Source of the DNA: Anthoceros angustus
Lineage: Eukaryota; Plantae; Anthocerotophyta
Direction of reading: 5' to 3'
Length of the DNA stretch: 64,000 nucleotides
Assembly: GCA_010909165.1 (NCBI GenBank)
Contig: VJWM01000116.1
Span: forward strand, 372,001-436,000
Made by a program: the position numbers and the translations under genes. The notes beneath the pieces are model-generated. The model ran no database searches. It was not told the origin of the DNA and was given only the letters and a program-made list of their open reading frames with translations. Positions within the stretch are counted from its first letter, which is position 1. Each line of letters opens with the position of its first letter. Positions 14,049 through 26,759 of the stretch are shown here, one piece after another.

Positions 14049-15014
14049 ATATGATGTCCCGGACGGCCAAAGGAAGCGACACGCCCACTCGCAGGAGAGC
14101 CAAGTGCGGCCTCGAGTCATCAAGAGGGGCCCCGCAATCGCAAGTTGAAAGAGAGCAAGCTAGAGGATGGACCAAGCCTAGGCGAAATGCATCGCGGAAA
14201 AAGTTGCTAGTGCGATCCGAATGCTTGAAGACCGGGTCGAGCTGGCCGAAACTTGCCCCCTTCCCCGAGCAAGAGTGGAGACGAGCCCGAATGGGCCTAG
14301 GGATGGAGGAATCCCAAGGGCCAATTGTTCTTGCCTATACTATCTCTCCAAGAGGGACGCCTGAAGCCCCCGGAGCCCAACCTCGGGAAGCGAAGAAAAA
14401 GACGACATGGCAACTCTCGCTTCGGAGGATAAAGAGTCCCTGGCTAATCTTAGCGAGGCTTGCATGGGAAAAGTCCCCTCGTCAACGCCCGCGATAAAAG
14501 CCTCCGTGATATGTGAATGCCGAATTAAGAAACGGAGGACAAGATGAGGCGTAGAGAGCCCAGCCTCCAAGAAAGCCGCTAGTGCGGAGGTCTCTGCAAA
14601 CCAAAGGCCCCAAAAAGTAACGGAAGGAACGGCCGTCATAAGGTCCCCTGGCCGCACACTCAAGGTGCATGGCGATGTCGCTAAAACCCGCATAAGCCGC
14701 TTGTCGAAATTCCTTAGGCTAGATAAGAAAACTGTGGAGGGGCAACCGCTCGGAGAAGGTACAAGAAAAATGTAAGAGAGGATCTCAAATGCCACTTGTG
14801 GGTCTCCTAGTTGAGAAAGATCATCGATGTGCGCCAAATCCTCAGCCAAAGCCGCGTCCACATAATTGTGGATGAAGGCAGGAGGCCCAATCGGGACATC
14901 ATGAACTCGAAGCCCCGGCGGAGAAGCAATATCCCCCTCCGGATACTGAAGAAAATCCACAACACTAAAGGGAGACCAAACCTTACACTTAATAATTTTG
15001 ACCTTAAGACCGAG
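14049..15014 (-). mobile_element. CRE element post-RT region and CCHC knuckle, unit A
   Basis: LGLKVKIIKCKVWSP...GLRVHDVPIG...SLRNFDKRL...LAAFL and the knuckle region; homologous to 34633-35620. Confidence 0.75.
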
Positions 15015-16189
15015 GCGCTGGTGGCGCTTATTCCTTGTTCACAATTTCATTGTTCTGTTGATTAGTTGATTGTTTCTTTTGTTTGAGTTTTAGTTCTAGA
15101 TTAATCTAGATATTTTAATCACAATTTATATACTTGTCATATTTTAGTCCCATGATGGTCATCCGTTCTTAATGAACCTAAGTAGTACATGAGGGTTAGT
15201 GATTATTTTAGCCAGGCAAATAAGATCATATGAGTAATTCCTATGGGTGAAACATTCTGAGTTTTTTTTGTAGTCTTTAATTTTTAAATTTGAATTATTT
15301 ATTTAAAATAAAAATGATAGGTAGTATGTACATACTCACATAACATATGAACATCACAAAACTCACTTGTAGTATGCATATACTTATATAACATATAAGC
15401 ATAGCAAAACTCACATGAATAAGAGGTTTACATAGTAAGTAAATGCACAATTGAGTTCGTCACATCCTACCCTCCTAGAGTCACATCCTACCCTCCTTCG
15501 GTCCATGATTAAAATCTGTCCTTGATGCATTCTATTTCTTTATCTTCTTCATTGGTTAGGCCTTATACTAACACGAATATGTAATTGAGTAAACTATAAT
15601 GTTGCACTTATAAATGTACAATTAAGGGCATCGAAGGAGCGGTTTTAAGGACAACGGTGAGAGTTGGAGAACAATCCGAATGGTATGTCGAACCTCTCAT
15701 TTTCCAATTCATGACATCATAGGTGTCATAAGTGACTTTAGACACGGTTGACTTGTTTTCACCTTTTGTTACCCCGTAGACTCAAGTCGTCTTATAGTAG
15801 ATGGGCTGTCCCCATCTCTACTTGCACAATAAAGTGAACTTTGTACCAAGTATAGGTAACCGCCTTCACAAAGCGGCAAACATTATTTTGTAATAATCCA
15901 ACGTTGGAATACCTAAATGTGTACCCTTAACGTCAATGTCCAATGGATACCTCCTATCCGAATCCGTTGTTTGTTAATTACGTTCTTTGTTTAGAGAATT
16001 TGTCGTGATTTGGACAATGATTGAAAACCTCTCATAACATTTGGTGGAACAAGGGTTAAAAATGAAGTTTCCACGGAAAATAAAGGACAAAGCAACAAAT
16101 TCTGGGAAAAAATTCTATCATGAAACAAGTTTACCGACATATATGTAGAAGCTACATCCACCCAAATCACAAAAAATATGAAGAAGCTA

Positions 16190-16790
16190 GGGTTTTTCCG
16201 AGCTTTTTCTCGCTGCCATAGGGAGATACTCCTCGGATCTCTCAAGTATTGCGGGGTGTTGTCATGGCGGAGAAGCCCAGTGGGTACGCCCTATCATTGC
16301 CGGGAGGTGTTCGCGCTTATTGGTCGTAGTATATATTGCCATCGACTCGGGCGCCAGCCCATCTTAGTCCTCACTGCTTTGGGATTGCTACGCTTAGGGG
16401 CTGAGTCCGTGGCTTTTGAGTGGAGGCGCTTCGAGACCCACCGAATGGGTGGTTTTCAAGACGATGTGGAGAATGCCTTCAACACCGCTCTCCAGCCATC
16501 TTTGACTAGCTCAAGAACGCAGCAGCCAATCTTATTCCTTTGTCTCGCTTTTTATGGGTGTTCTTCCAACCTCTATTATCGGCATGGCCCCCTGGAAGGG
16601 GTTTCGACTCGAGGGCACTAGGCAAGGTAACCCTTTGAGGGTGCCTCTTGCCATGGCGCATTTCGTGGCTTTGTCTTCAACCGCCTCATCGTTATGGGAA
16701 TGTTTATCCGTCTGACGATATATCCATATCCTCGCCTGAGACAAGGTTAAGGTAGCATTTGATTTCTTCGCAAAGCTCTCTCGCATGTAA
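16190..16790 (+). mobile_element. CRE reverse transcriptase core fragment, inverted relative to the rest of the element, unit A
   Basis: Homologous to 36830-37520; QDDVENAFNT and GTRQGNPLRG visible. Confidence 0.75.
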
Positions 16791-17092
16791 AGCTTTGACA
16801 AACGAGTAACTTCTTCTTCTTAGACTTCCATTGGAGCGGCGTAAGATCATACCTCATTGATGTACAAGGTGCTCAATTCATACTCATCCGGAGCATAAAC
16901 CTTGCCTGCACAAAACGTCCTACTGCTGGGCACAAAACGTCCCAATTAGAAAATGAAGGGGCTTTCCCAATTTATACATTGCAGGGAGAATGGGAGTTAA
17001 GCTCGGGCGTCCCAATAATAAGTGGTCTCCCATTTAGAGGGGTCCAGTGTATAGTGCTTTCTTGCTACTGTGAAGCTGGGCTTCAACAAGAA

Positions 17093-17935
17093 ATGGCTCT
17101 CATCGGCAAGCTGCCGCAGGTTGCAGCCCTGCAAATCCCTGTGCAGCTGAAATTGGCACACAATGCAAGCTTTCCCTTCATTTTCCTCCCAATACCATGC
17201 GTTTGGGCGGCACAAGCTGGCGAAAGCAGTAGTGACGAGATTCCGGGAATTTTCAGTGGTGGACGACTGGCGCTTGGTGTTGCCCCATCGGCTGTGGCAC
17301 GCCTCCACCTCCTCCCATTGATGACGATTTGCATGAAATCTGTCGCCCAACATCGTGCTTTTGCTTAGCTGCAGCTTACTGGGTACTCTCCTGAACTGCG
17401 ACGCCTTGCACACGTTGATTGAGGAAATGGGAGGTGAGATCTCGGAGAGCGGGCCTATGGAGGCTGTCGGAACATTGTGTCGTACGTGCTTCTGATCGAA
17501 CTTGTCGCAACCTAGCGTCTCCTTGTGGTTTCTGGTGCTGTAAGCACTGCAGAAGGATTCTATCTGAAAAGTTGGCCATGTAGGTGGAGGGAACTCCGGT
17601 TACGGTGGAGTAGGTAATGGCCTGTCGGAGAAGGGATGTTTCTTAATACTGTCGACATCATCCGCTGGGCTTGTCTGGAATCTCATCCTGCGTGCTGATG
17701 TGGTGCCAATTAGAGCTACTGCGTGGGAGCAACTCCGCGTCCTACGTGGTGTGAATCATCCATTTGATTCTCTTGGCTGTCTCTTCAGCAAATGAGTTTG
17801 AAAGCAAATCGTTGGAAGTTTGTGCCTCCTAACCTTGAAGGTTACCGAGGCCCCGTAGGCCAGCGGCAGGAAAGGGGCCCAGTTGAGGAATTCAAGGTAT
17901 TGGAGGCTGGACTCTGACGAAAGGTACTTGCAGGA
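17093..17935 (+). pseudogene. Deleted copy of YgfZ/GcvT-like gene, unit A
   Basis: Matches the first exon at 42830-43230, then jumps to sequence homologous to ~44255-44730. Large internal deletions. Confidence 0.85.
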
Positions 17936-18253
17936 CTCCGTTGAGCTTCGGTGCACATGCTGTCCAGCGGTTTGTCGGGTTTAGCCATCACCTACTCGCC
18001 TAAAGCAGAGCGCTTGGCTTTCAGACGTTCTGCTTGCAGGGCGGATTGCTCGACCCGCGTACTCGGCAGTGGAGGAGGCGATCCTGCCGATCACCTGGTG
18101 CGCGAGCTGGGATGGACGGAATGTCTCGGCTCGCTTGTTGTGGAAGCTGCGAATCTGAGGCAGGCATGGGTTGTGCGAGGCTACGGGGATGGAAGTGCAG
18201 CGGCATTTAGAGTCTAGGTGTGGTGACCTTGCCAGAGCTTGTTGGGCGGAACC

Positions 18254-19390
18254 ATGGACGGCATGGAGGCGCGGAACGTGAATGCTCTAGTGCTGCGCAG
18301 GGTTCAGAAGGAGGAGGAAGTGGTAGCCGCCGAGAGGGAGCTGCCGAGATTCGAATGGATTGAAGTAGCTGACAACGTACAGCGGAAGTATGAACTGGGG
18401 CCGCAAGGACAGCAGGATGGTGGGGTTGTGCTCAAGGACACCAGGCCTCCTGTGCAGAAGGTGGTGGACAGCTTTCTGGGCAGGTTTTTTCCTTTGAGAT
18501 ACCCCCACAGTGTGGTAGCAGGCTATCTGGCATATTCGCAGTATCGAGCGATGCAGCATTTTGCAAGCGCTCAGACCTACTCCTGCGCAGGCAACCATTG
18601 TGAGCTGGGTGTTGAAGGATGGGATGCAGCATATCGGGAAGCGATGGATTCGGAACCTACGCGGTGGCGGATATGCGCAGATGTGATGACGGATGTGGGA
18701 GCAGGGCTGGAAGACACGGCCTCCCGTTCTGCCCAGCATTTCTTGGGAGTGACGGGGGCTGGTAAATATGGCCAAGGGTATGGCTCTGGGGTCAGCTAGG
18801 GTCACAAGGCTGTAAGTCTATTCAGCGTTCGCGAAGGAGGGAACCTGAGTGATTTGTACGCCAAGGGGAGGCCATCTCAACGTTGTCCAACGTTCTAGGG
18901 CTAGGGTGGGCATCCGCCTCGCGTCCACAGTCTGTGCGTCTATCGAAGGCAATCTCAGGACACATGCAGTGTCGCACCCTGCCCAGGTGAGAAGCAGGGA
19001 GCGTCTTGTGCTGCCCATCCGTCTGAACCGTGATGCTGGGAACGGAGGGTAGGAGCTCCCCGGCATCGAGGTGTGGGCAAGCCGTCTAAGCTGTTGACCA
19101 GTCTCCTACTGGGGAGGATGCCGTGAGGGGCTGGCTGTTGGCAGCTTGCACAGTCAAAGTAGCAGGAGCTAGCTGAGGTCGATCGCCCGAACAATTGTCG
19201 GCTGACCTGAACAAGGCGTATTCTCAAGTGGAAACTCTGCTGCCAGCTTTCTTGTCTGGATTGAAGGATAAGGGATGGCACACCATCTCCGCCCAATTAA
19301 GCAGGTGGACAAGGCATACGCTGAAGTGGAATCTTTGATGCCGCCTTCTTGTCTGGATGGAAGGATAAGGGATGGCACACCATCTCTGCC
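18254..19390 (+). pseudogene. RUS2: Deleted copy of RUS2, unit A
   Basis: Matches 45581-46921 but lacks AVLSVLSTQSLLFAAG, KLLVAPLL...DF and ELKESF...LVL segments; the last deletion is at a TGTTG microhomology. Confidence 0.85.
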
Positions 19391-19597
19391 CAAATAAGCA
19401 GGTGGGCTGGGCTGGGCTGGGCTGGCTTGTCTGTCCACCTTCCATATGTGTGCGTATGTTATTGTAGATATGGCTATTATGGGGCCATGTGTCTCTATAT
19501 ATGTCTGTGGCTATGCTGCCTGTCTGACATGGAGTATCCCTGCTTTCTGTCAGCACGACGACGTTCTGTGAATTGAAGCTGCCCGGACCCTGTGAGA

Positions 19598-22500
19598 ATG
19601 CTCGATCCAATTTGTACTCCGTATGGTTTCATGAGCGACAGGCCTGCAGCCGGGGAACTTAAGGTGTACAGGCCGAAGAGGAAGCAGGAGCGCAGCAGTG
19701 GCGGGGCTGCGCTGACAGGTCAGGGATGCTGAAATTACGCCCAATGACCCCAAGGACATCCAGCCTGAGCAGGGAGATTGGACAGTTTGGCTGCCCTGGC
19801 CAAGCAGGAGCGGGGTCAGATTCCCCTAGCGAGGAGGAGCAGCAGCACAAGGTTCCTGTGGTGGAGCAGGAGAAGGCTCCCAGGTTCAAGCACCCTGGAA
19901 GCCCAAAAGTCCCGTGGCGCAGCGGCCGGATCAACCAGTCGGGTTGTGGAGGAGGTGAGGTTGAGCCTCCTCCTCCTCCCAAACCAGAGGTTGTGAAGGA
20001 GGAGGAGGTTGAAACAGAGGAGGAAGAGGAAGAGGTGGAGCCGGAGCCGGACCCGGCGTCGGACACCGTGAGTGAAGATGAGAAGCCTCGGCGGAAGCGC
20101 CAGCGCCGTGCACGCAAGCAGGTGAAGGGCAAGGCGGGAGGAGCGGAGAAGGGGAAGGCTCCTGCCAAGGGCAGAAGGAAGTCCAAAAAGGGAACTGGCG
20201 ATGAGGAGGAGGCGGAGGCTGGGGGCGATGATAGGTGTAAGAGATCTGACGGGAAGGCGTGGAGGTGCAGGCAGCCGCTGTTCAAGGAAGGGTGGTGCCA
20301 GTACCATTTCGAGTACTACGAGTGTAAGAAGTCCAAGTCCGCCCCGCCTCCTAGGAGAAAGAGACAGCCGAAGAAGGTTACTACTGCTCGGAGGGGCAAG
20401 GGTGCGCAGAATGAGGCAGCTGGGAGCAAGGATAGTGCTGATGAATCTCAGCACGAGCAGGAGGTTGTTGCTGAACCTGAGGTGAAGAAGGTGAGGAGAG
20501 GTGTGAAGAGGAAGGATAGGGTTGATGTCAAACTCCTCCCAATTGATGAGGGCACTGTGGGTTGTGAGATTTTGCTCTTGGATTGCCCACTTCAGCTTCT
20601 CCTTCAGAGCTGCGTTGTCTGGCTCCACTGTGCTGGAATTGGAGGTTCTTGACGGTGTACTAACGAGTTGGGCAATACGGCGAGTGAGTGGCACTGCGCC
20701 TCCTGCAAGTGTGATTACCTGAGGGGAAAGGAAAGAGGAGCATGTTAGAGATTCGTTGCAGAAGTCTCATCCAGGAGGTGTCACCAATGCTGGAGGTTGG
20801 GAATGTGGCATCGTGTGGAGCCTGTAGGGATACGCAGCGCCGCTATTGTGACCACTGTATAGCCAAGTGGTACCCACACTTGACGATGGAGGATGTTGCA
20901 GAGAGGTGTCCCTACTGTGCTGGCTACTGTAACTGCAAGACATGTCTGCGGAGGGCACGGCCGATAGCAGAGGTGGATGATGCAGGGAAGTCTGAGCACC
21001 TGCTCTATCTCCTGCGTAAGGTTCTGCCGTCTTTGAGTCAAATGAATGAGGAGCAGGCTGACGAGCTGAAGTTTGAGAGGGAGTTGCGGCGTGATCCAGA
21101 TTATCAAGTTGAGAAAACTCAGATATCAATCGGGGAGAGGATGTATTGTGACAAGTGCAAAACTTCAATAGTTGACTATTACAGGACCTGTACAGAGTGT
21201 CAGTATGACCTGTGCCTTAATTGCTGTAAAGAGATCCGGCTGGGAAGCTTGCATCCAGCCCTCCTCAACTCCAAGGATTGACTGAACAAGATGGAGGCCA
21301 CTCAGAGGGATTGGCTGAAGTGGTAGCAGAGGAAGGGGACAGAGTGGGGAGCATTGTTCCTGAAGCTGATGCTATAGAAGAGGTAGATCACGTCGGATCA
21401 CCTTTAGTTGCTGTGTGGGACGTAGATCACGTTGTATTACCTTCAGGTGTTGTGGAGGAGGTAGGTCATGCTGTATCACCTCTAGGTCCTGTGGAGGAGG
21501 TAGGTCAAGTTGCATCACCTTCAGGTGCCGTGGAGGAGGTCGATCAGGTTGCATCACCTTCAGGTGCTGTTGGGGAGGTAGGTCACATTGTATCACCTTC
21601 AGGTGCTGGGGAGGAGGTAGGTCATGTAGCATCAAATTTGGGTGCTTTGAGGGAGGTCAGCCGGGTATCACCTTCAGGTGCTGTGGGGGAGGTGGATCAT
21701 GTTGTATCACTGTCAGGTGCTGCAGAGGAGGTGGGTCTCTTTGTAGCACCTTCACGTGCTGCAGAGGAGGTGGATCACGATGCAAAACCTTCAGGAGCTG
21801 AGGAGGAGCCAGGTCACGTTGCATCACCTTCAGGTGCTGTGGAGGAGGTAGGTCACCTTGTATCACCTCCAGGTGCTGTGGAGGAGGTAGGTCACCTTGT
21901 ATCACCTCCAGGTGCTGTGGAGGTGGTAGGTCACGTTGTGGAGGAGGTGAAGCCTTCTGGAGGTGCTGTGGAGGAGGTAGCTAACGTTGTTGACCTTGTA
22001 ACTGATAAAGTGGATGCTAGCTGCTCGGAAGCTGTGGGAACAGGAGATGCTGAGCTGGAAGAGGATGCGTGCATGTCATCTCTGGGAGCAAGGAAGGTGC
22101 AAGCTCGTCAGCAGCTGTCGAGGATGAGGCTACTGTACCTTCAGCTATGGATGAGGATGCTGGTCTTTCAGTGTCAACTGAGGGAGATGGTAAGGACTCT
22201 TCAGCTACAGCTCACAAAGATGCTGACCCGTCAGATACCAAGACTGGAGATCAGAATGGTCCTTCCGCAATGGGTGACAGAAATGTCTGTATACCAAGCC
22301 TTGACCTGGCAGATGCTTCAGTGCAAGATGAAGAAAAGGCTCATCCCTCCTCTGCACCAGGTGAAGGGGGCCTGCTATTGGCAAATGATGGAGATAATGT
22401 CCGTCCCTCACTGACTGAGCAGGAGACTAGACATCAGAGTGGCCCTTCAGCAATGGATGGAGGAGGTGTCTGTAAACCAAACCCAGACCACGAGGATGCT

Positions 22501-24510
22501 TCAGTGCAAGATGAAGAAATGGCTTATGCCTCTGCACCAGGTGAAGGTGATGGGGGCCTCCTATTCCCTCATGATGGAGATGATGTGCGTCCCTCAGTGA
22601 CTGAGCAGGGAAATGCTGGCCGCTCTGGAGTTTCGGGTGAACAAGATGTTGGTGCCTCTGTTGTGGCTGAGGGAGAGGTCAGCAGCCCTTCAGCTTTGGC
22701 TAAAGGGGATCCTGGTCCTTCAGCACCAGCTGACTGCTCTTCTGCTGATGAAGGCAAGGACGAAGGAAGGATTGACCGTATGTCAGGTGCTGATGAAGGA
22801 GGAGGAGGCATTGATGACATGGATTTGAGCCTTCCGCCAGCTGGAGATGAGGAAGATGTTCCACAAGGAGTAGGAAGAAATGAAGAGGAGCCAAATGACA
22901 GAGTCCTCATTCTCAAGAGAGTCCATGGGAAGTTGGTAGAGATGGGACAATTGTCTGCCCTCCTAAGGATTGTGGTGGATGTGGCAAACACAATCTATCC
23001 TTACGGTCACTCCAGGGTGGGGACACAGTCAAGGAACTTTGGACAAAGGTCGATCACATCGCTTCCGTGGCATCCGTGAGTCTTGCAGAGCATGAGTCAG
23101 GTGCCAGTATTGTGACCAGAGCAGTGCATCAATGGCCAAGCAGTTGCGTGTGGCTGCTGATAGGCCCACAGGAGGTGATAACTACTTGTTCACTGCCAGT
23201 GTGGACCATCTAAATGATGAGAGCTTGCTCCACTTCCAACAACATTGGCGTCAAGGTCAGCCAGTGATTGTGACGCAGGTAAATGAACTTGGCACTGGCC
23301 TCAGTTGGGAGCCTATGGTGATGTGGCGCGCTGTTCGCGAAAAGAGCAAAAAAACGAAGCATGATGACACGCTCTCGGTGAAGGCTATTAACTGTAAGTC
23401 TGGTTGTGAGGTTGAGATTATGATAAAAAAATTCTTTCTTGACTATGAGAAACCCAGGGCGTTTCAGGATGGTAACCCTCCTGACATGTACAAGTTGAAG
23501 GACTGGCCTCCTGCAACCTCTTTCAATGAGCGTCTTCCTCGCCATCATGCAGAGTTTCTGCTTTGTCTGCCATTCAAGCACTACACTCATCCAGAGTTGG
23601 GAATCTTGAATCTGGCTAGCAAAATGCCTGAAGGTGCCCTGAACCTGATTTAGGTCCTAAGACATACATTGCATATGGAATCCGTCAGGAGATGGGCCAT
23701 GGGGACTCAGTCACCAAACTGCATTGTGATATGTCAGACGCAGTCAATGTGCTTATGCACTCCCAAGGCTCTCAGATTTCAGGAAAGTTACAGGGTACAG
23801 GCAGTGAAGTTTTACCGTCAGGAGGTGCTCTCTGGGATATTTTTCGACGAGAGGATGTGCCAAAATTGAAGGACTATATTATGGCACATTGGGTAGAGTT
23901 TTCCGAAGAGAAATGTGAAGATGGGATATCACACCCGGTCCATGACCAGATGGTCTATCTCAGCAATGAACACAAAAGGAGACTAAAGGCTGAAATGGGC
24001 ATCGAAGCTTGGACCTTTGAACAGCGCGTTGGGGAGGCTGTATTTATACCTGCAGGCTGTCCTCATCAGGTCCGCAACCTCCAGTCATGCATAAAGGTAG
24101 CCATGGACTCTGTCTCACCTGAGAATGTGGATCACTGTGTCAAGCTTACGGAGGAGTTCAGACTGCTCCCCAGCGCCCATCCTGCCAAGGAGGACAAGCT
24201 TGAGGTTAAGAAGATGGTGTTCCATGCTGCAAAGATGGCAGTGGAATACTTGGAACCAGCCAGTCTGAGTGCAGGGGCTCAAGCGAATGTGGAGGAGCAA
24301 GTGCAGAAGCCGTCAAAGGCTTCGAAGTCGCCTTCCAAACCAAAGAAGGGGAAAGGTTCTAAGAGGAAAAAGAAGGGTTCCAGGAAGAAAACGGAAGTCT
24401 CCCCACAATCGTCCAAGAAAAAAGGAGCGTCCGAAACCAAAGTGGATGAATCCCAACAGTCTTCTGAGGAAAGGGCACGTTCTTCTGAGGAAAGGGCAGA
24501 AGATGATTAA
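19598..24510 (+). CDS. Full-length KDM3/JMJ25(IBM1)-family JmjC demethylase, copy B (WRC, RING-like and C4 zinc fingers, acidic repeats, JmjC)
   Basis: [27 protein letters not shown]; CHQC...CGAC...[11 protein letters not shown]...[15 protein letters not shown]; [16 protein letters not shown]; JmjC LHCDMSD...CPHQVRN. Several indels and a foreign segment at ~20527-20730. Confidence 0.88.
21375..21975 (+). repeat. 39-bp coding tandem repeat (~14 units) in JMJ copy B
   Basis: [13 protein letters not shown]-type 13-aa units in ORF 21278-22414. Confidence 0.9.
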
Positions 24511-25849
24511 GGGAGTCCTAGCTGATGTCAGGTATTGGATGCGTCTTCCTGGTCGGTTGGAAACGGAGCAGGCCAGTCTGTACCTTAGGAAAGATTCTTG
24601 GGGTGGTGATACGTGCTCAGCTCAGCTCTTGGATATCTTCCCGGACAGTGCAGTTTTGGTTGCCGCCTTGTAGCTTCAGGGCAATCCTGAGTTGATTTTT
24701 CTGTTCCTTGCTGCATAGGTTGCAGTGGAGTGTGACGTACACCAGTGTCCAATACAAAGGGCATCGGCAGGATCTCTAGAATTAGGAACGATTGTGCAGG
24801 AAGGTGTCGTGTTACATGGTAGTCCTATAACTTAGTAATTGTTTTTTTTGTATCCCAGTGGCGGAGCCTGGTGATCTTTAAGGGCAGGGTGTGACGCCCG
24901 AACTCATCAGTGCATGGACTTACTATGTAAAGCTGTCATGGACGTGAGTTTGGTGATGTTTGTATGTTAAGTAACTATGTTACATATACACTACTTATTG
25001 AGTAAGTATATTATATATACACTACTTATCTACTTATCGAGGAAGTATATTATGTATAGGTTACTTATCGTATCACCGATACACAAATATAAGTACTAGG
25101 CCTCCAAGTAGCTAGAAGGAATATAAGCAATAGGCCTCCAAGTAGCCGGAAGGAATATAAGAAATGGGCCTCCAAGTAGCCAGAAGGAATATAAGCATTA
25201 GGCCTCCAAGTAGTCGGAAGGTCGACTCGCACCAACACTAGGCCTTCCTTCCAAAGGACCTCGCAAGGGATGACTCACACTAGTACTAAGCCTTCTTTCC
25301 AAAGGACCTTGCAAAGGACGACTCGCACCAGCACTAGGCCTTCCTTTCAAAGGACGACTCGCACCAGCACTAGGCCTTGCTTCCAAAGGACAACTCGCAC
25401 CAAAGACTAGGCCTTCCTTCCAAAGGACAACTCGCACCAAAGACTAGGCCTTCGAGTAGTCTGCGGTCCTTCCAGAAGACGACTCATACACAGCACCCCA
25501 TCATCCTTTGGAACTCAGATGTGACCGCCATCCTATGAAAGGACAACTCAAGAACAACACCCGCAATGTAGGTGTTACAGCCTCCGCCATGCATAACACT
25601 GCTGCTTTACTATAGCAAGAGTCAATAAGAGTACATGAGAATCTCGAGGGAGCTCCATCTTCGCCCGCCTAGGTGCATAGCCCTCCTCATAGCCCCTTCT
25701 CATAACATATACACACTCTAGGCACACTAGTCTTATCCTCAACAAGAGTATGACACAAGTGTAATGAATCTCGAGGCTAGCCTCTTCCTTAATTAGGAAG
25801 CTTACTTCATCCCCAAGTTATTGCCTAAAGCAGTCTAGCTCCCTTAAGC

Positions 25850-26479
25850 CCTAACCTCACTACCATTAGCCACATATCTTACTAAACTAGATCCAAGGCC
25901 TGCATGCCTCACAGATGGTGTGGAGTGTGAACTTGTGTCCAGGGACACCATGAAGTCCACATTTTGTTATCAGAGATGTGACAAGGCTACTTAACACCGG
26001 TGTTGAAGAAGTTGCATCTCCCGCGCTTGCTGTCGTTTTGTACACTACGTTGGCCAACGCCCTTTGCAGAGCGATGGAAACCCTCTGCCGGAAGAAAGCA
26101 ACAATACAAGAAAGGGGGAGGCCAACCCCATTCTTGCGGCTATGATAAGCCTTGGCGTAGGCCTTGACAAACCTAGAGAAATCCTTGCTCATGGCTCTAT
26201 GAGTCTCAATGGCAAGGCGGATGAAGGCGTGGCCAACCTGCAAGGAAAGTACTTGTGGACCTTAGCCGCTGCGCATTCCTTTGCCGTCCAACCTGGAGGG
26301 TTAAGGATAACATGTTCGCAGACACTGTCCTGGGTGGGATTGGTTACAACCACATCAACAACCGAAACTTGATCCCCCCGAGTCAAAAATAGATCAGCCC
26401 TAAACGAAACCCCGTTGAGCAGGGTGTAAGGTCGCTCCCTAAATGGAAGGAACCCGTCTTTCATAGCAATAGAGAATAT
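25850..26479 (-). mobile_element. CRE RLE endonuclease segment, unit B
   Basis: ORFs 26189-26572 and 25887-26243: RADLFLTRGDQVSVVDVVVTNP, AAAKVHKY, AIETHRAMS, RQRVSIALQRALANV. Confidence 0.82.
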
Positions 26480-26759
26480 AACAGCGTCTGTTCTGAAAGG
26501 GGTTTCTCCTGAAACCCCTTTTGGCACACGGACGTTTCCGGACCCCTTTCTGCACACGTCGGAAATCTGCATTGGAATAAGCCTTTTTGGTATTTCTCCC
26601 CTGACATGTCACCCGCAAACATTTCAATTATTGTTGCGATACACGATATGTCACATTATGCATCGGAATTACGAGGGAAAACCATCCAGAGACATTCACG
26701 ATCAGCTTTTTCCTTCAGACTGGCCACGCTATTTGTGCACAAACTTGTGCACTCACATT

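Noticed and set aside
19659-20694. Long minus-strand ORFs opposite JMJ (also 40253-42287, 45845-46936, 53504-54527)
   Set aside because: They are antisense shadows of real plus- or minus-strand CDSs.
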